A stretch of 64,000 nt of DNA from Azolla caroliniana (GCA_043228905.1 JBHGNT010000001.1:16554001-16618000), one strand, 5' to 3'; shown: positions 21,763 to 34,500, numbered from the stretch's first letter. The notes: generated by a model from the letters alone, not told the origin. Translations and numbers: made by a program.

Positions 21763-24700
21763 GACACTATCCCTCTTTTAAAACGACGAGTGTCACGAGT
21801 CGTCTTGGATTGAGGACCCGGTTTGTGTGGATATTGACGATGGAAGTCTTCAAGAAGAGCACGAGCATTGGTCACATTCTCGATCGGTTCCCAAGTACGT
21901 TCGCTGGGACTATAGCCTAGCCAATCGACTAGATAGTAGAGCTTGTTGCGAACAATCTTGGAATCAAGGATGGCGGCAACCTCGTACTCCGGCCCATCTT
22001 CAAGCTCGATCGGGGGTGGAGATTGGATAAGACGTCCTGGGATGGTGATCTCGTGGTAGGGTTCGAGGAGAGAACTATGAAACACCGGATGTATCCAAAG
22101 TTGAGGAGGTAGATCGAGACGAAAAGCGACATCATTAATCTGTCCAATAATACGGAAAGGACCTAATCGCCGATAATCCAACTTCTGACATGGGCGAGTA
22201 GTCTTGATGTGTCATCGTAGCAGCCACACCCGATCTCCAATATTAAAACTGGATGGAAGTCGATGACGATCCGCGTAGACCTTGTGTGTTTGTTGAGCTT
22301 GCTGGAGATGAGTAGATAAATCCGCTTGTATCTTGCATAACCGCTCCAAACGATCCTCCGCACACGGATTTGTGGACACCTCTGGGGTTTCAAGTACACT
22401 CCACCGGGGGTGACATCCCGTATAAGCATAAAATGGCGTAACTTTAGTGGATGCGTGGATAGAGTTGTTATAGGCAAATTCGGCGAAGTGGAGAATATCT
22501 GCCCAGTCGTCCCGATGATAACTAAGAAAGCACCGCAGATACTGCTCTAGCGTTTGATTTGTTCGTTCAGTTTGGCCGTCGAATTGTGGGTGGTAGCCGG
22601 AGGAGAGGTTACAAGAGACCTTGAGCATGTTAAAAAGGTGCTTCCAGAATTTTGACATGAAGTGGGGTCCACGGTCGTTGATGATACTATCGGGAAGTCC
22701 ATGATGCCGACATACTTCACGCATGACAATTTCGGTAGTGTCTTCACTGGAGATCTCCTTAGTACATGGCAAGAAATGAGCCATCTTCGTGTATCGATCG
22801 ACCACCGTTAGAATCGCATTGAATCCCTTAGAGACTGGAAGATCTGTGATGAAGTCTAGAGCAATGGATTGCCACGGCTTGCTTGGAATTGGTAATGGCA
22901 TTTTCGCTCTGCAACATGTATCACAAGTCCGAACAAAATCCTCGACAAATTGTCGCATACAGGGCCACCAGAATGATCGTTGTACTAAATGTAATGTTTT
23001 AGTACTACCAAAATGCCCAGTTGTATATGTGTCATGGCAGTTTTGAACTACTCGAAGGCGGCAAGAACCATTAGGAACATACAAAAGTTCTTTAAAGAAG
23101 AGTAATCCATCATGGTATTTGAATTGCCGATAGTCTGTACCTGGTGGTTGTGACTGTGAACACAACGCTCGAGAGGGATCAATTTGTGCTAGTATAGCTT
23201 GGGCGAACGCATCTGTCTTCAAGTCTTCATGTATGGTATCGATAACGTGGGAATCCATGGGCATGTCAAAAATCTGTATTGCTTGTAGTCGTGCCGGTTC
23301 CAAGATGACTTGTTTTTGGTTATCGAAAGCTGGCTCGCCGGGACGGGGTGCTAGATACGAACGTCGTGATAATGCATCTGCCTTCCCTTGGTGCTTCCCC
23401 GGACGATATGTAATTTTGAAGTCGAAACGCGTCAGGAAGTGGGCCCACCGAGCTTGACGTCGATTCAACACACGAGCATCCTGAAAGTAGGCAAGATTCT
23501 TGTGATCACTAAATACAGTGACTGGATGAGAGGATCCCTCCAGAAAATGCCTCCATTGCATAAAAGAATCCACTATTGCCAATAGCTCCTTATCATGAAT
23601 TTCGTAGTTAATTTCGGCGGCGTCAAATTTGCGTGAGTGAAAAGCCACAAGATGTAGCTTCTCATCATTCCCCTGTTGTGACAGAATGCTCCCCAATGCA
23701 AAATCCGATGCGTCAGCTTCGATAATGAATGCTTTTTCCGGATCGACATGAGCTAGAATTGGAGCCGATGTAAATGCCTTTTTAAGACTCTCGAAAGCCA
23801 TGTCCGTTTCTTCAAACCAGATGAACGGTTGTCCCTTCTTGGTAAGTTGTGTGAGAGGTAGAACGATCTTTGAGTAATCTTGTATGAACTTCCGGTAAAA
23901 ATTGGCAAAGCCTAGGAAGCATGCACATCCCGCACCGAACACGGAGTCTGCCATTTTACCACCGTTTTGACCTTAGCTGGGTCCATGGAGATGCCTTCTA
24001 ACGAAATGATGTAGCCGAGAAATTCCACTTGGTTGCACCCGAAACTACATTTTTCCAGCTTTGCATACACACCATGTTCTCGAAGTCGTTTTAGTACTAA
24101 TAGTACATGAGAATCATGTTCTTCTTGGGTCTTTGAATAAACCAGTAGATCATCCAAATAGATGATCAAACAATCATCCAATAGATCTCGGAATATATCA
24201 TTAGCCATGTGCTGGAAGACAGCCGGCGCATTAGTGAGGCCAAACGGCATGACCGTATACTCGAAGTGCCCATATCTGGTGCGAAACGCGGACTTTCAAT
24301 CGTCTCCTAGTTGGATCCGTACGAGGTTATATGCTCCCCGTAAGTCGACCTTCGCGAAGAACCTGGCACCATTGATCCGTTCTAAAAGACTTGAGATAAG
24401 GGGAAGAGCATACCTATTCCTGATTGTAACCATCTTTTTTCTTGACGAAGAAAATGGCCGCGCCGGCTGGAGATTTCGAATGTCGAATGAAACCATTTTC
24501 CAAATTCTCCTCGATATAGGCCTGAAGGACTTCCAACTCGGTTGGTGACAAATTGTAGATCGGTCCCCATGGCGGCTCTTTTCCCGGTTGTAAATCGATG
24601 GGGCAATCGTACGGTCAATGATGAGGAAGTGTGTTGGCTTGTACTTTATCGAACACATCGGCGTAATGACGATACTTCTCGGGAAGTTGAACGGTGGATT

Positions 24701-26432
24701 CTTCTTTAGTGGTGCTGGAGGGGTTTATTGATATTGCAAAGAGGAACATTTCCTCCTCGCGCCCTTCTTTACGCAACTGATGTAGCGAAATGGTTGCCAT
24801 CTTCTGAGTTGACCCTTGGGTTTGTCGACACCAGATTTCTCTTGTTCTCCAATCTATGTCTGGGTTATGTAACTCGAACCACGGTAATCCTAAAACTATA
24901 GGATGTTCTGGGATACTAATATATACTAATAATATTAAATGATACTACACATGCTATGTTATCTAGGACAATATTAATGGGCTCTGACTCTTCTATGATA
25001 TTTCCGGAAGCAATGGAACATCAATCAATGACTACTACAGAGGCTGGACACTGGAGTTTTCTTAGGGATATCTTATGAGCTTGAGCAAATTTCTTATCCA
25101 TAAAGCAAGAGTTAGCTCCGGAATCTAGGAGTGCTAGGACATGTACTGGAGGGGTACTTTTCGTACTAACTATTACTTGGGCTACGAAAACATCATTAAC
25201 TTGCTTAGAGGGAATGGAACCACTAATGGGTTGCACAGATCTAGGGCTGTCCAACCAAACAGCTCCTATTTTGGCTGGACTTAGTCGTTTAACTCTTCTT
25301 CTAACTGACTAAGGACATCAAATTTGTTCGCTAGATCTGGGCTATTAGTATTATTAGGACTATCAGATATTCCTACTGAAATAGGCTCGGGTTTAGTACA
25401 ATTAGAACTAGCGACTATTTGGTTTACCTGTCTTCGAGGCCTATGGGGGCAATTTATTGCGATATGTCCTGGTCCACCGTAGTAAAGACATAGTCGATTT
25501 GTACGGCGTTGCTGCTTTTCTTCTTCGGATAATGGCCCTCGATGATGTGTAGGGTCAATCTCCATCGGAGTCAGAGTATTCGCTGGAGGCGCATTATATG
25601 ACTCCCTCGGAAAAGGTCTTGCTACCACTGAGGCGTAGGTGGGCTCTGATCTTGGCCTCGACATCTGTAGTTGTCTTTCCGAACGTCGCTCAAAGAGGCG
25701 GTTGTCACATCTCACCGCGCGACTGATTGCTTCTGTTAAGGACTTTGGCTCTTTGGGGAAGCTCAAGATTAAATCCTTGACGTCGTTGCGTAAACCATAA
25801 CGGAATTGCTCCATCATCGCTTGATCATCCCAAGGGATATCGGCGGCGAGTAGGCGAATATCTGCAGCGTATGCGGAGGCTGGACGGTCACCTTGGCGTA
25901 ATCGCCGAATTTTGTTGATTGCGGTCCTGATGTTGTCAGTATCTCCGAAACATGCTTTAAACTCACCTAGAAACTCTTCAAAATTGTTGAGTAACGGAGA
26001 TTCCTTTTCTAATAGTGGAGGGAACCATGACAACGCTGAGCCACTTAACAAAGTGCCTACTAAACCCACTCGTGATGCATCGGTGGGATATCGGGAAGGA
26101 TGCATTTGGATAAATAATTGTACCTGGTTAAGGAACCCTCTAAACTCCGATCATGTTCCATCGAACTTCGTGGGAAGGCCAATCTTGGGTTCTTTATGAA
26201 TTCCTTGTGTTCCGGGCCCTTGTTGTTGCATTGCTACGATGGTTGCTTCGAGTTGTTGCACGCGTAATGCAAGTTCCCCATGTTGTTGTTGCGTTTGCTG
26301 CTTTTCTAAGGAGATTTGCTGAAGATCCCCCAGCAATCGCTGGTTTTCTTGTTCCAAAGCATGGAACTTCTCTTTCAAGCATTGAAATTCCGAGAAAACA
26401 GATTGATATTCTTCAGTGCTAACAGTGGCCAT
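21759..26432 (-). pseudogene. gag and pol (PR-RT-RH-INT-chromodomain) of element G, disrupted by stops, frameshifts and small deletions
   Basis: ORF pieces 26151-26432, 25281-26105, 25021-25254, 24615-24800, 23912-24250, 22212-23954 and 21759-22181 occur in Gypsy domain order. Confidence 0.9.
25249..25293 (-). promoter_or_regulatory. Predicted -1 ribosomal frameshift signal at gag/pol of element G
   Basis: G_TTA_AAC (25287-25293), 6-nt spacer containing the gag stop, then an 11-bp stem GTCCAGCCAAA/TTTGGTTGGAC. The protease ORF is in the -1 frame. Confidence 0.75.
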
Positions 26433-26491
26433 GGGATGAAAGAAAAGAGGAATAAGAGATTAGTAGGAAATGAGAGAGATAGAAGGTAGAG

Positions 26492-26503
26492 AAATTGGTT
26501 CAA
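26492..26503 (-). promoter_or_regulatory. Self-priming PBS of element G
   Basis: Minus strand TTGAACCAATTT, 2 nt after the 5' LTR, has no TGG start. It is exactly complementary to AAATTGGTTCAA at 26717-26728 in the LTR, about 33 nt downstream of TATAAAA (26755-26761). Confidence 0.8.
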
Positions 26504-29500
26504 ACTGTCTGGAACAGTACTGAGACAGAGAAGGAATTAGTACTAAACGAAGGATTAGTACTATGAGAGGTGTAGAACTTCGGAGAGAGAAGGAAGGAGT
26601 GAGCGAGACGGGGGGAGAGAGAGAGAGAGAGAGCGAGAGAGAGTGAGTGATGATAAGAAAGATATGTATTATATGAAGACAATATACAATGGTGGCTAAA
26701 AGGCTTAAGACTGGCGTTGAACCAATTTGGTTCAACATAATGCCTAGTGCCCTCTTTTATAGTGTTTTCAAGAGTAATCCTGAAGCTTCTAGAATGTTCC
26801 AGAGAAATCTGGAATATACACTAATTTCCTATACTAAAATGTAAATGAAAATAATATCCTACGTATTACAATAGATGGTCTAATGGTCAAGAGCTCGACC
26901 CATATAACCTAAGGTCATGGGTTCGAGTCTTGCCATATCATGACAGTTTGTGAGCTAATAACGCTCGGCGACAACCGAGTCTTCAACAAGGAATAGAAGA
27001 GAACAACCTAAAACCAAGATGACACAGGATGTTTACGTGGAAAACCCTAAATGGGAAAAACCAAGGGAGCCCACAGACTCCAACTATCATTATGAGGGGA
27101 GGAATACAATGTGAGACTCAAAGGCAACGCCCTCGAGCTCTATGTCTTCGCGAATGGCGGTTACAAAACAAAAACTAGTTTCGTATATATATCTCTCACT
27201 CACTTTCTATATATAACAATATACAACATCTCTACGGCAACTCACATCATGTATAAAGTGATTGCCCTAATTCATGTTTATACTTATATGACTTTAGGGC
27301 TATTTATAAATATAGCCTTGATGGGCTCACCATGAAACATATTTATACATATGTTCTGGGATCCGGTGCAAACCGGATCCATCCAGATTCACTCGATCTG
27401 GTTTCCGGCTCTCATCAGGATCCCATCTGGAGGGACCGAATTACCGACTGAGGAACACTGGGGGTCAGGTGAGACAAGATTTCCAACAAGCATACAAGGA
27501 GAGCCGGTTGAAAGAAGGCAATCGGTTGAATATGGATATGAATCCGATTCGGATGAAGAGCCGACTGAAGAGGTCAAACAGAAGCCGATAGTTGCAAATG
27601 AAGGTAGGAGATACCCTTTGAGAGAAAGAAGGGCCCTCCGGATATTTCCGGAGAAAGAGTATGTGTTGTTAACCAATGAGGGGGAGTCGGAAAGATTCGA
27701 AGAAGCAAAGATGGATACCCACAATAGAGAGTGGTTGAGTGCCATGCACAATGAGATGGATTCCCTGCCTCAGAACCATACATATGAGTTGACAGAGTTG
27801 TCAAAAGGGAAGAGGGGTCTTCGGAACAAGTGGATATATAAGCTGAAACTAGGAGACGGCGGGATTCCACCCAGATTCAAAGCCTGCATTGTGGTGAAGG
27901 GCTTCCAATAGAAAAAGGGTGTGGATTTCGACGAAAGTTTTGTCCCAAGGGTGAAGATGACATCCATGCCAACAGTGTTGAGCATAGTGGCCAACATGGA
28001 CCTCGAAGTGGAGTAGTTGGATGTCAAGATGGCCTTTCTACATGGAGACCTAGAAGAAGAAATTTATATGCAGCAACTGGAAGGATTCGTTGAGAAGGGA
28101 AAAGAGAACCTAGTATGCCAATTGAAGAAGAGTCTTTACGGACTAAAGCAGGCGCCCCGGCAATGCTACCAGAAGTTCGAATCCTTCATGGCCGACCAAG
28201 GGTACAACAAGACACAAGCCGATCACTGCATGTTTATGAAGAAGCACATTGGAGGAGATTTCTTCGTCCTCTTGTTGTACGTGGATGATATGTTGATTTC
28301 TTAAAAAGGCCTTGACCAGATCTTTTGCAATGAAGGATCTGGGTTCGGCTAAACAAATCCTGGGGATCTACATTGTCTGGGACTGGACAAAGAGGCGGTT
28401 GTGGCTGTCACAGGAGAAGTACATGACAAAGGTGCTCCAGAGATTCAGTAGGGAAAAGGCGAAGTCGGTCGGCTCGAGACTAGTGACAAGTAGCAAGCTA
28501 TCCGGAAGGCAATGTCTGAAATGAAAATGAAGAAGGATGAGATGAGCAAGGTCCCATGCGCCTCAACAGTCAAGAGCCTAGTATATGCAATGGTCTACAC
28601 CAAGTGGAACATTAGATACGCGGTCGAAGTAGTCAGCTAGTATATGAGAAATCTCGGAAGAGAGCATTGGGCTACAAGGAGCTGGATACTCATGTACCTG
28701 AGAGGCATCTCAAGCGCTTGCCTCTGATTCAGCTCAAGTAACCCCATATTAGAAGGTTTTACTGATTCAAACATGTTTGCTTATGTGGATACCAGCTAGT
28801 CCACGTTTGGGTATGTGATGACATATGCAAGGGGAGTCATCTTGTGGTGATTAAGGTTGCAGAAGGCTATGGCGTTGTTAACTAGAGATGTAGAGTACAT
28901 GACTACTGTTGAAGCCGGTAAGGAGATCATTTGGATGAAGGACTTCATCGGTGAGTTGGGGATTTGGCAAGAGGAATTCTGACCCCACGACGACAACCAA
29001 AGTGTCATCCACCTTGCCAGGTAAGCCGCCTACCAGTCTAGGACTAAGCATATCCAAAGAAGATACCATTGGCTTAGGGAGAGGGTAGAAGAAAAGGATT
29101 TTTCTCTGGTGAAGATCCACAAGGGCGAAAATGGATCGGATATGTTGACCAAGGTGTTGTCGAAAGAGAGGTTGAGCGCATGCCTGCAAAGAGTTGGACT
29201 AACGATTATCCCATACTGGAGTGAAGGGGGAGTTTGTTAGGAAACAAGTCCCTACAAATGGGAAGAGCACGAGTTGGATTGGAGACCGAAGAACAAGAAC
29301 CGAATGGGAAGAGTGTCGGAGTTGGATGAAGATCAACGAGGGTTGGATCGGTTGGATCCGGAGATGTATCCGGAAGAGAACATATTTGTAAATATGTTTT
29401 GATATGCCTAAGACAGAACATATTTGCAAATAGCCCCAAGGCAAATCATTTTGAAAAAAAAGAAAAGTGAGTATTGTAACTACTGTATCGGTGTGTGTAA

Positions 29501-29810
29501 CTAGAGAGTAGGAGAAGGAAAGTGAGTGAGAGTTGTAACTTTGTAGTCGTCTGTGGATGAAGAAGAACTCAAGATTGTTGCCTTGGAGTTTCTTATTGTA
29601 ATATTGAAGAAGGGTATCTTTCCGTTGAGCTCTTTCTCCTTTTCTGTGAATTCTTTGAAGTTTGTGGACTCCTATGGTTTTTCCCTTTCAGGTTTTTTCC
29701 ACGTTAAAAGATCTTGTGTCTCTATACTTTTCTTGATTACTATTGTCTTGATCTTTGCATCTCTCATTTGCACGTGTTGACTGGTTGTCGACGGCTACAT
29801 ATTCACAACA

Positions 29811-31513
29811 AAATTGACCACCCTCTAGCTCCTTCTAGGGGTCGTGCTGACAAAAGACCTAGAGCTAGAGTAGCTTGACGTCAAAACAGCATTCCTACAC
29901 AAAGATCTCGACAAAGACATTTATATGTCTCAACCAACAGGCTTCACGGCAACGGGGGAGCAAGGTCATCTTGTTTGCAAGCTAAAAAAGAGCCTATATG
30001 CCCTAAAGCAAGTGCCAAGAATGTGGTATCATAAGTTCAATGCCTACATCTAATAGCTTGGCTACAACCGATCAGACTCTGTACATTCGACAATTGACCG
30101 ACGAGACCCGGATCTACCTGATCCTATATTTCGACGACATGTTGATTGCAGGGAGCAATGAAGCAGAAATCGCAAGACTAAAGCAGAGCTTTCAAGACAA
30201 ATTTTCGATGAAGGAACTCGGACAAGCCCAACATATCATGGGCATGAGGATTGAGCAAAATCAAATGACGAAGACTCTCCAACTCTCCTAGTCCGACTAT
30301 ATTCAGAAGTTGCGAAAATTGTTTAACATGTAGAATGCAAAGCTAGCACCGACTCCGATTCCAACGTCGACACGGCTAACGGATAGGAACTCTCCTTCGA
30401 CTGAAAAGGAGAAAGAGCTCAACGGAAAGATACCCTACGCATCGGTCGTAGGAAGTATCATGTACACAATGGTGGCGACACGACCTGATCTTGCATATGT
30501 CGTAGGGGTCGCCAAACAGTACATGTCGAACCTAGGATGGAAGCATTGGGAGGCCATCAAGCACATCTTCAAGTTTTTGAGAGGAATCCAATATGTACAA
30601 TTGACTTTCAGATCGGCAAATCCGACCGAAGTCAAAGGCTACACCAACTCCGATTATGCTAGCAATCTAGAAAATTGGAAGTCGACATCAAGCTACTATT
30701 CACCTATGGCGGCGGTGCCATATCATGGAGATTGAAATTTCAAGAGTGCTCGGCCCTATCGACCACATCTGCCAAGTACATTGCCGTGTCGGAAGTAATG
30801 AAGGAAGCAATTTGGTTGCACCGATTGTCGGCTGATTTTTCGACTACAAGCCAAATCGATCATCCATCGCTGACAATCAATTGCTACTCTTAGAGCACAA
30901 TACACCTCATTAGGAATCTTGTCTACCATGTGAAGACAAAACATATTCAGGTGCAGTTTCACCATATCCGGGAGCTCGTGACAGAGAAGAAGCTCGAAGT
31001 CCGGAAGATCTAAACCGAGGTGAACATCGTCGATTGCATGAAAAAGTCACTCCCATATCAATGATTCATAGCACTGAGGACAACGATGGGATTAGGATAA
31101 GTGACCGAGTAGAAGAGGGTCGAACAAACAAACACAACAAGTAAATCGAACACCGACCCGATCGAACGAGCGAAACAAGCAAAGTCAAAAGAATCAGAAT
31201 GTCAAGAGGCTGAAGATGTAGCATTGAGCAAGGACACTGACTGGAGAGGAGACAATCGAGGGATGAAAAAAACCGAAGATAAATTGAGGATCCACCGAGG
31301 AGCACAGGAGCTAGCACAAGAGTCGGAATCAGGCAAGAGCCGATCCAAACGAACAAGCCAATTCGAACAAAAACCAATCCAACCAACTCAGACAAGCCGA
31401 CCTGGATGACATACAATCTGGATGACTAGTCGAATTAGGCTAGATACATATCTTACCTCTGTAGATTCGACCAAATATTGACTTCCTTGCATGTATACAA
31501 TAGTAACTATAGA
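29811..31513 (+). mobile_element. Element I: old Copia RT/RNase H remnant plus 3' non-coding region; host of D; truncated against H
   Basis: LDVKTAFLH, KLKKSLYALKQ, LYFDDMLI, MVATRPDLAY, YTNSDYA, TKHIQV, with many stops. Confidence 0.82.
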
Positions 31514-34500
31514 TTAAAATTTGACCCCTAGCCGGTCAAACAACTCTTTGGCCTCTTGCGCGTCCAACTCTCCACGGTCAGCCACGATCTTCCCTACGCA
31601 CCCGTACCGACATATCACGTCCTCGATATGGAACCGGCACACAGCCACGGTCATTTTGTTCTGCAATGCTCGGCCTTCAACTTGGTACGTCAGATCCTCC
31701 CGAACCAGCACCAGATACCGCATCTGTCCTACCCCCATCAGCATTGTCAGCAAATCCACCATCCATTTGAAGTGGACGGTCAGCGGGTAAGTTGGGTGGA
31801 GCTCATCCCAGTGTCGGACTATGGAGTGCATCTGACAGCTTTCGCAAGTTGTCACGAACCGATGCACGTCCCGGTACAGTCCCCGCCACCAGTACTTTCC
31901 CTTTAGCTTCTCAAAAGTGGTCCACGTCCCGCGGTGTCCGGCCCAGGGACTCTCGTGGTATGCCGACAACAACTCTTCCTGCTCCTCTTTCTTTGCCACC
32001 ACTCGAAGTGGGATGCCGTCCCTTTTCTTCAGGTGCTTCCATATGTACCCGTCTTGTAGGAAGAATCGGTACGCTTTCTTCCGGATCCTGTTGGTCTCTT
32101 CCTTCGTCCACACCGCGTCCGGTGTCATTGTTCTTAGGAACTCACCGATCTGGAGCCACTCCCCGTCATACTTGCTCTCGTCGAAGTCGTTAAGCGCCGG
32201 AGTGCCTGCCTTTCCGGTTGTTACGTAAGCCGCCTCGAAGAAGTCTACGCCGACTTCCTCGTCCTCCGAAACCATGTCTTCCTCGTTTTCGAACCTAGCT
32301 CTTGAGAGCATGTTGGCCATGGCATTGTCTTTTCCGGAAATGTGTCGTATCTCCGGATTCAGGGACTTGATGTACGCTATCCACCTGAGCATTGCCAGGT
32401 CCGGCGTCACACATCCGGAAACCATGCCGAGAATCGGCAGGCAGTCCGTCTCGATTATTACCTCTATCCCGATTAGGTAGTCTTTATCGGCCTTCACTGC
32501 CGAAACAATACCCCAGAGTTCACGTTTAACCTGGGCGTATCCTCGTTGTCGCTCACTGAGGACCTTCGCGCCAAACCGGATGGGGAACCTCGTGCCAACG
32601 TCGTCCTCTTGGTTGATCACCCATCCGATCCCGGTCGGACCCGTGTCTACGGTTACGTAAATCGGAGTGTCTTTGCCGTAGACAGCCTTCCGGAGCGCCG
32701 GTGCCATGGCAAGTGCTTCCTTCATCTTTTGGACTGACTCTGTATGCTCGTTTCCCCACTTGAATTTACGCCCTTTTTTCAGCAACGCATACAGCGGCTC
32801 CACGACGTGGGCGTAATGCGGGATCCAGATATGGTAGAACGCGCATGCTCCCAAGAATCTCCGAACCTCCGTAACCGAATTGCAGTCATGCTTCATCGTG
32901 GAGATGGGTTCCACCTTGGCCGGAGACGGTTTTCGACCGTATGGTCCGCATAGGTTCCCGACGACCATGATCTCTGATTGCCCGAAGGCCGATATTTCCC
33001 CGGAGAATGTGAGCCTCGCGCCTTCTAGTCTCTACAGCACCTTCTCGCAGTTGTTGATGTGAGTCGCCAAGAAATTCCGACATCCGTCCGGTCCGATTGT
33101 CTCATCCCTTTCCTCCACCGGGCATCCCCTGATCGGGATGTCGTCTAAGAATGGCATGGTGATGTCCGAGATACAAACCCTAAGCACTTTGTTCATCCCG
33201 TTCACCATGTGAGCCACCAATTTCCTCCCTCCTTACGGTAGGGTACACATCCGCACTAGGCCAAGAGGAGTCCGCATCGTCGTAATGTCCCTGCTCTCCA
33301 TGGCTAGTTGGAACTGATCGTACCCCGAGTACAGATCACCGAAAGAGTAAATCGACCTTCCGGCAAAGGCCTCTGCGAACTCGTCTATGGTCGGTCCGAT
33401 TCCTGCATTCCGAATGGTCACCTTGTTGACCAGCTGGAGGTCTTGAATAAAGCGCAGCGTGCCGTTCTTCTTTGGCACCGTAAACCACCGATTCGAATAC
33501 GAGGCACTCGACGGTTCGAGGATGCCCATCTCCACCTTTTGCTTCAGGAGCTCCATCAACTTCGGGATGTGAGCTCTCGGCACCGGAATCGGCTTGAGAT
33601 TCCACGGTACATGTAGTACCGTGAAGATCACCATCGGTTCGACAACTGTCGGGTCTACACATTTGATCTCCTTCAGTGAGAATGCGAAAGCCTTCCCGTG
33701 CCTCCCAAGCATTCTCCAAAACCGGTCCTCCTCCGCCGGCAGTAGAAAGCCACCCCCACCGACCTTGAATTCCCGTAGCATTATGTCGGTGAACCGATGC
33801 CCTATGCCAGCCGGATTCCGTAAACTTGGGTCCGACGCGACCCCCTTTATCCGCTCCTCGCTGCCCTCTAGCATGGGTGCCGCGACTGGCCTCACCTTCC
33901 GGTCCACAGTCTTGTACTTTGTATCCACGCGGGCCATCCGACCCGACCCGATCCTTTCCCCGAAGTCCGCGATGACTTCATATATTCCCATCGAACTAAC
34001 CGGAACGGTCCGGTCTTCTCTAAGGTCTTCACCGATCACCTTTTGTAACCCAAGGTGTCGTCAAAAGAGACCGCCTCCACGGCGCCGTTGATTTCTTCGT
34101 TGGGGGAGAGGACTCTGCATCCCCTGAGCCACTCCTCTGCCCTCTTCCTTTCCCAGACGCTGACGCCGGTTATAGTACAACCCCTACTGTTGGAGAACCA
34201 AAATTTCCTACCTATGGTACAGGTCTTCTTCCCTACTATACACTTGTGGGGTTTTTCCGGGGTGTCCGGACTATCGCGGCCCCACGCCTTGATAGCCCTC
34301 TCTAAAAATCCCCTCAGGTTTCGCCTCCGAGGATCTCGCGGTTACGCTCATGGTTCGGTCACACCGTCAAGAACTGGACCGAGTGACGCATGTCCTGGCT
34401 CTTGACTCTTGCATAGGCCGAACCGTTGTCCAGCACCTTGGTCTCCATCCGTGCCGCTGTGGTGTATGGTTCTCCTAATATAACCGGATGTGAGGACGTC

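Larger units (their letters stand above)
21331..26945 (-). mobile_element. Element G: full-length, decayed chromovirus (Tcn1/Tf1-sushi-like Gypsy)
   Basis: LTRs 21331-21766 and 26506-26945; TSD GTTTG (21326-21330, 26946-26950). gag 25281-26432; PR LLDSGA; RT MPFGLTNAP/YLDD; RH ADASD..NYEIHDKELLAI; INT; chromodomain YEVAAILDS..YYLVDWLGY..TWEP at 21759-22000. Confidence 0.95.
11565..27448 (-). mobile_element. Element E: decayed full-length Tork/Tnt1-like Copia carrying nested F and G
   Basis: LTRs 11565-12014 and 26949-27448 are homologous. Degenerate iMet PBS (GCTCTTGTACCA) at 21314-21325; gag starts at 21302; PR/INT/RT/RH fragments at 12030-15209; PPT at 12015-12030. Confidence 0.88.
10850..29810 (+). 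mobile_element. Element D: decayed Tork/Tnt1-like Copia (integrase end 10850-11564; RT/RNase H about 27449-29222; 3' LTR 29235-29810), split by element E; 5' part missing
   Basis: PSVPLDGDIPQRVW..CLAYVHVAKD..KLDPKTRPCIFLGY; RT motifs DVKMAFLHGDL and LLYVDDML; PPT GAAGGGGGAG; LTR TGTTAG...CACAACA. Confidence 0.85.

Noticed and set aside
26501-26950. CAAAC/GTTTG inverted flanks around the 5' LTR of G
   Set aside because: Coincidence of the PBS start and the TSD; only 5 bp and seen once.
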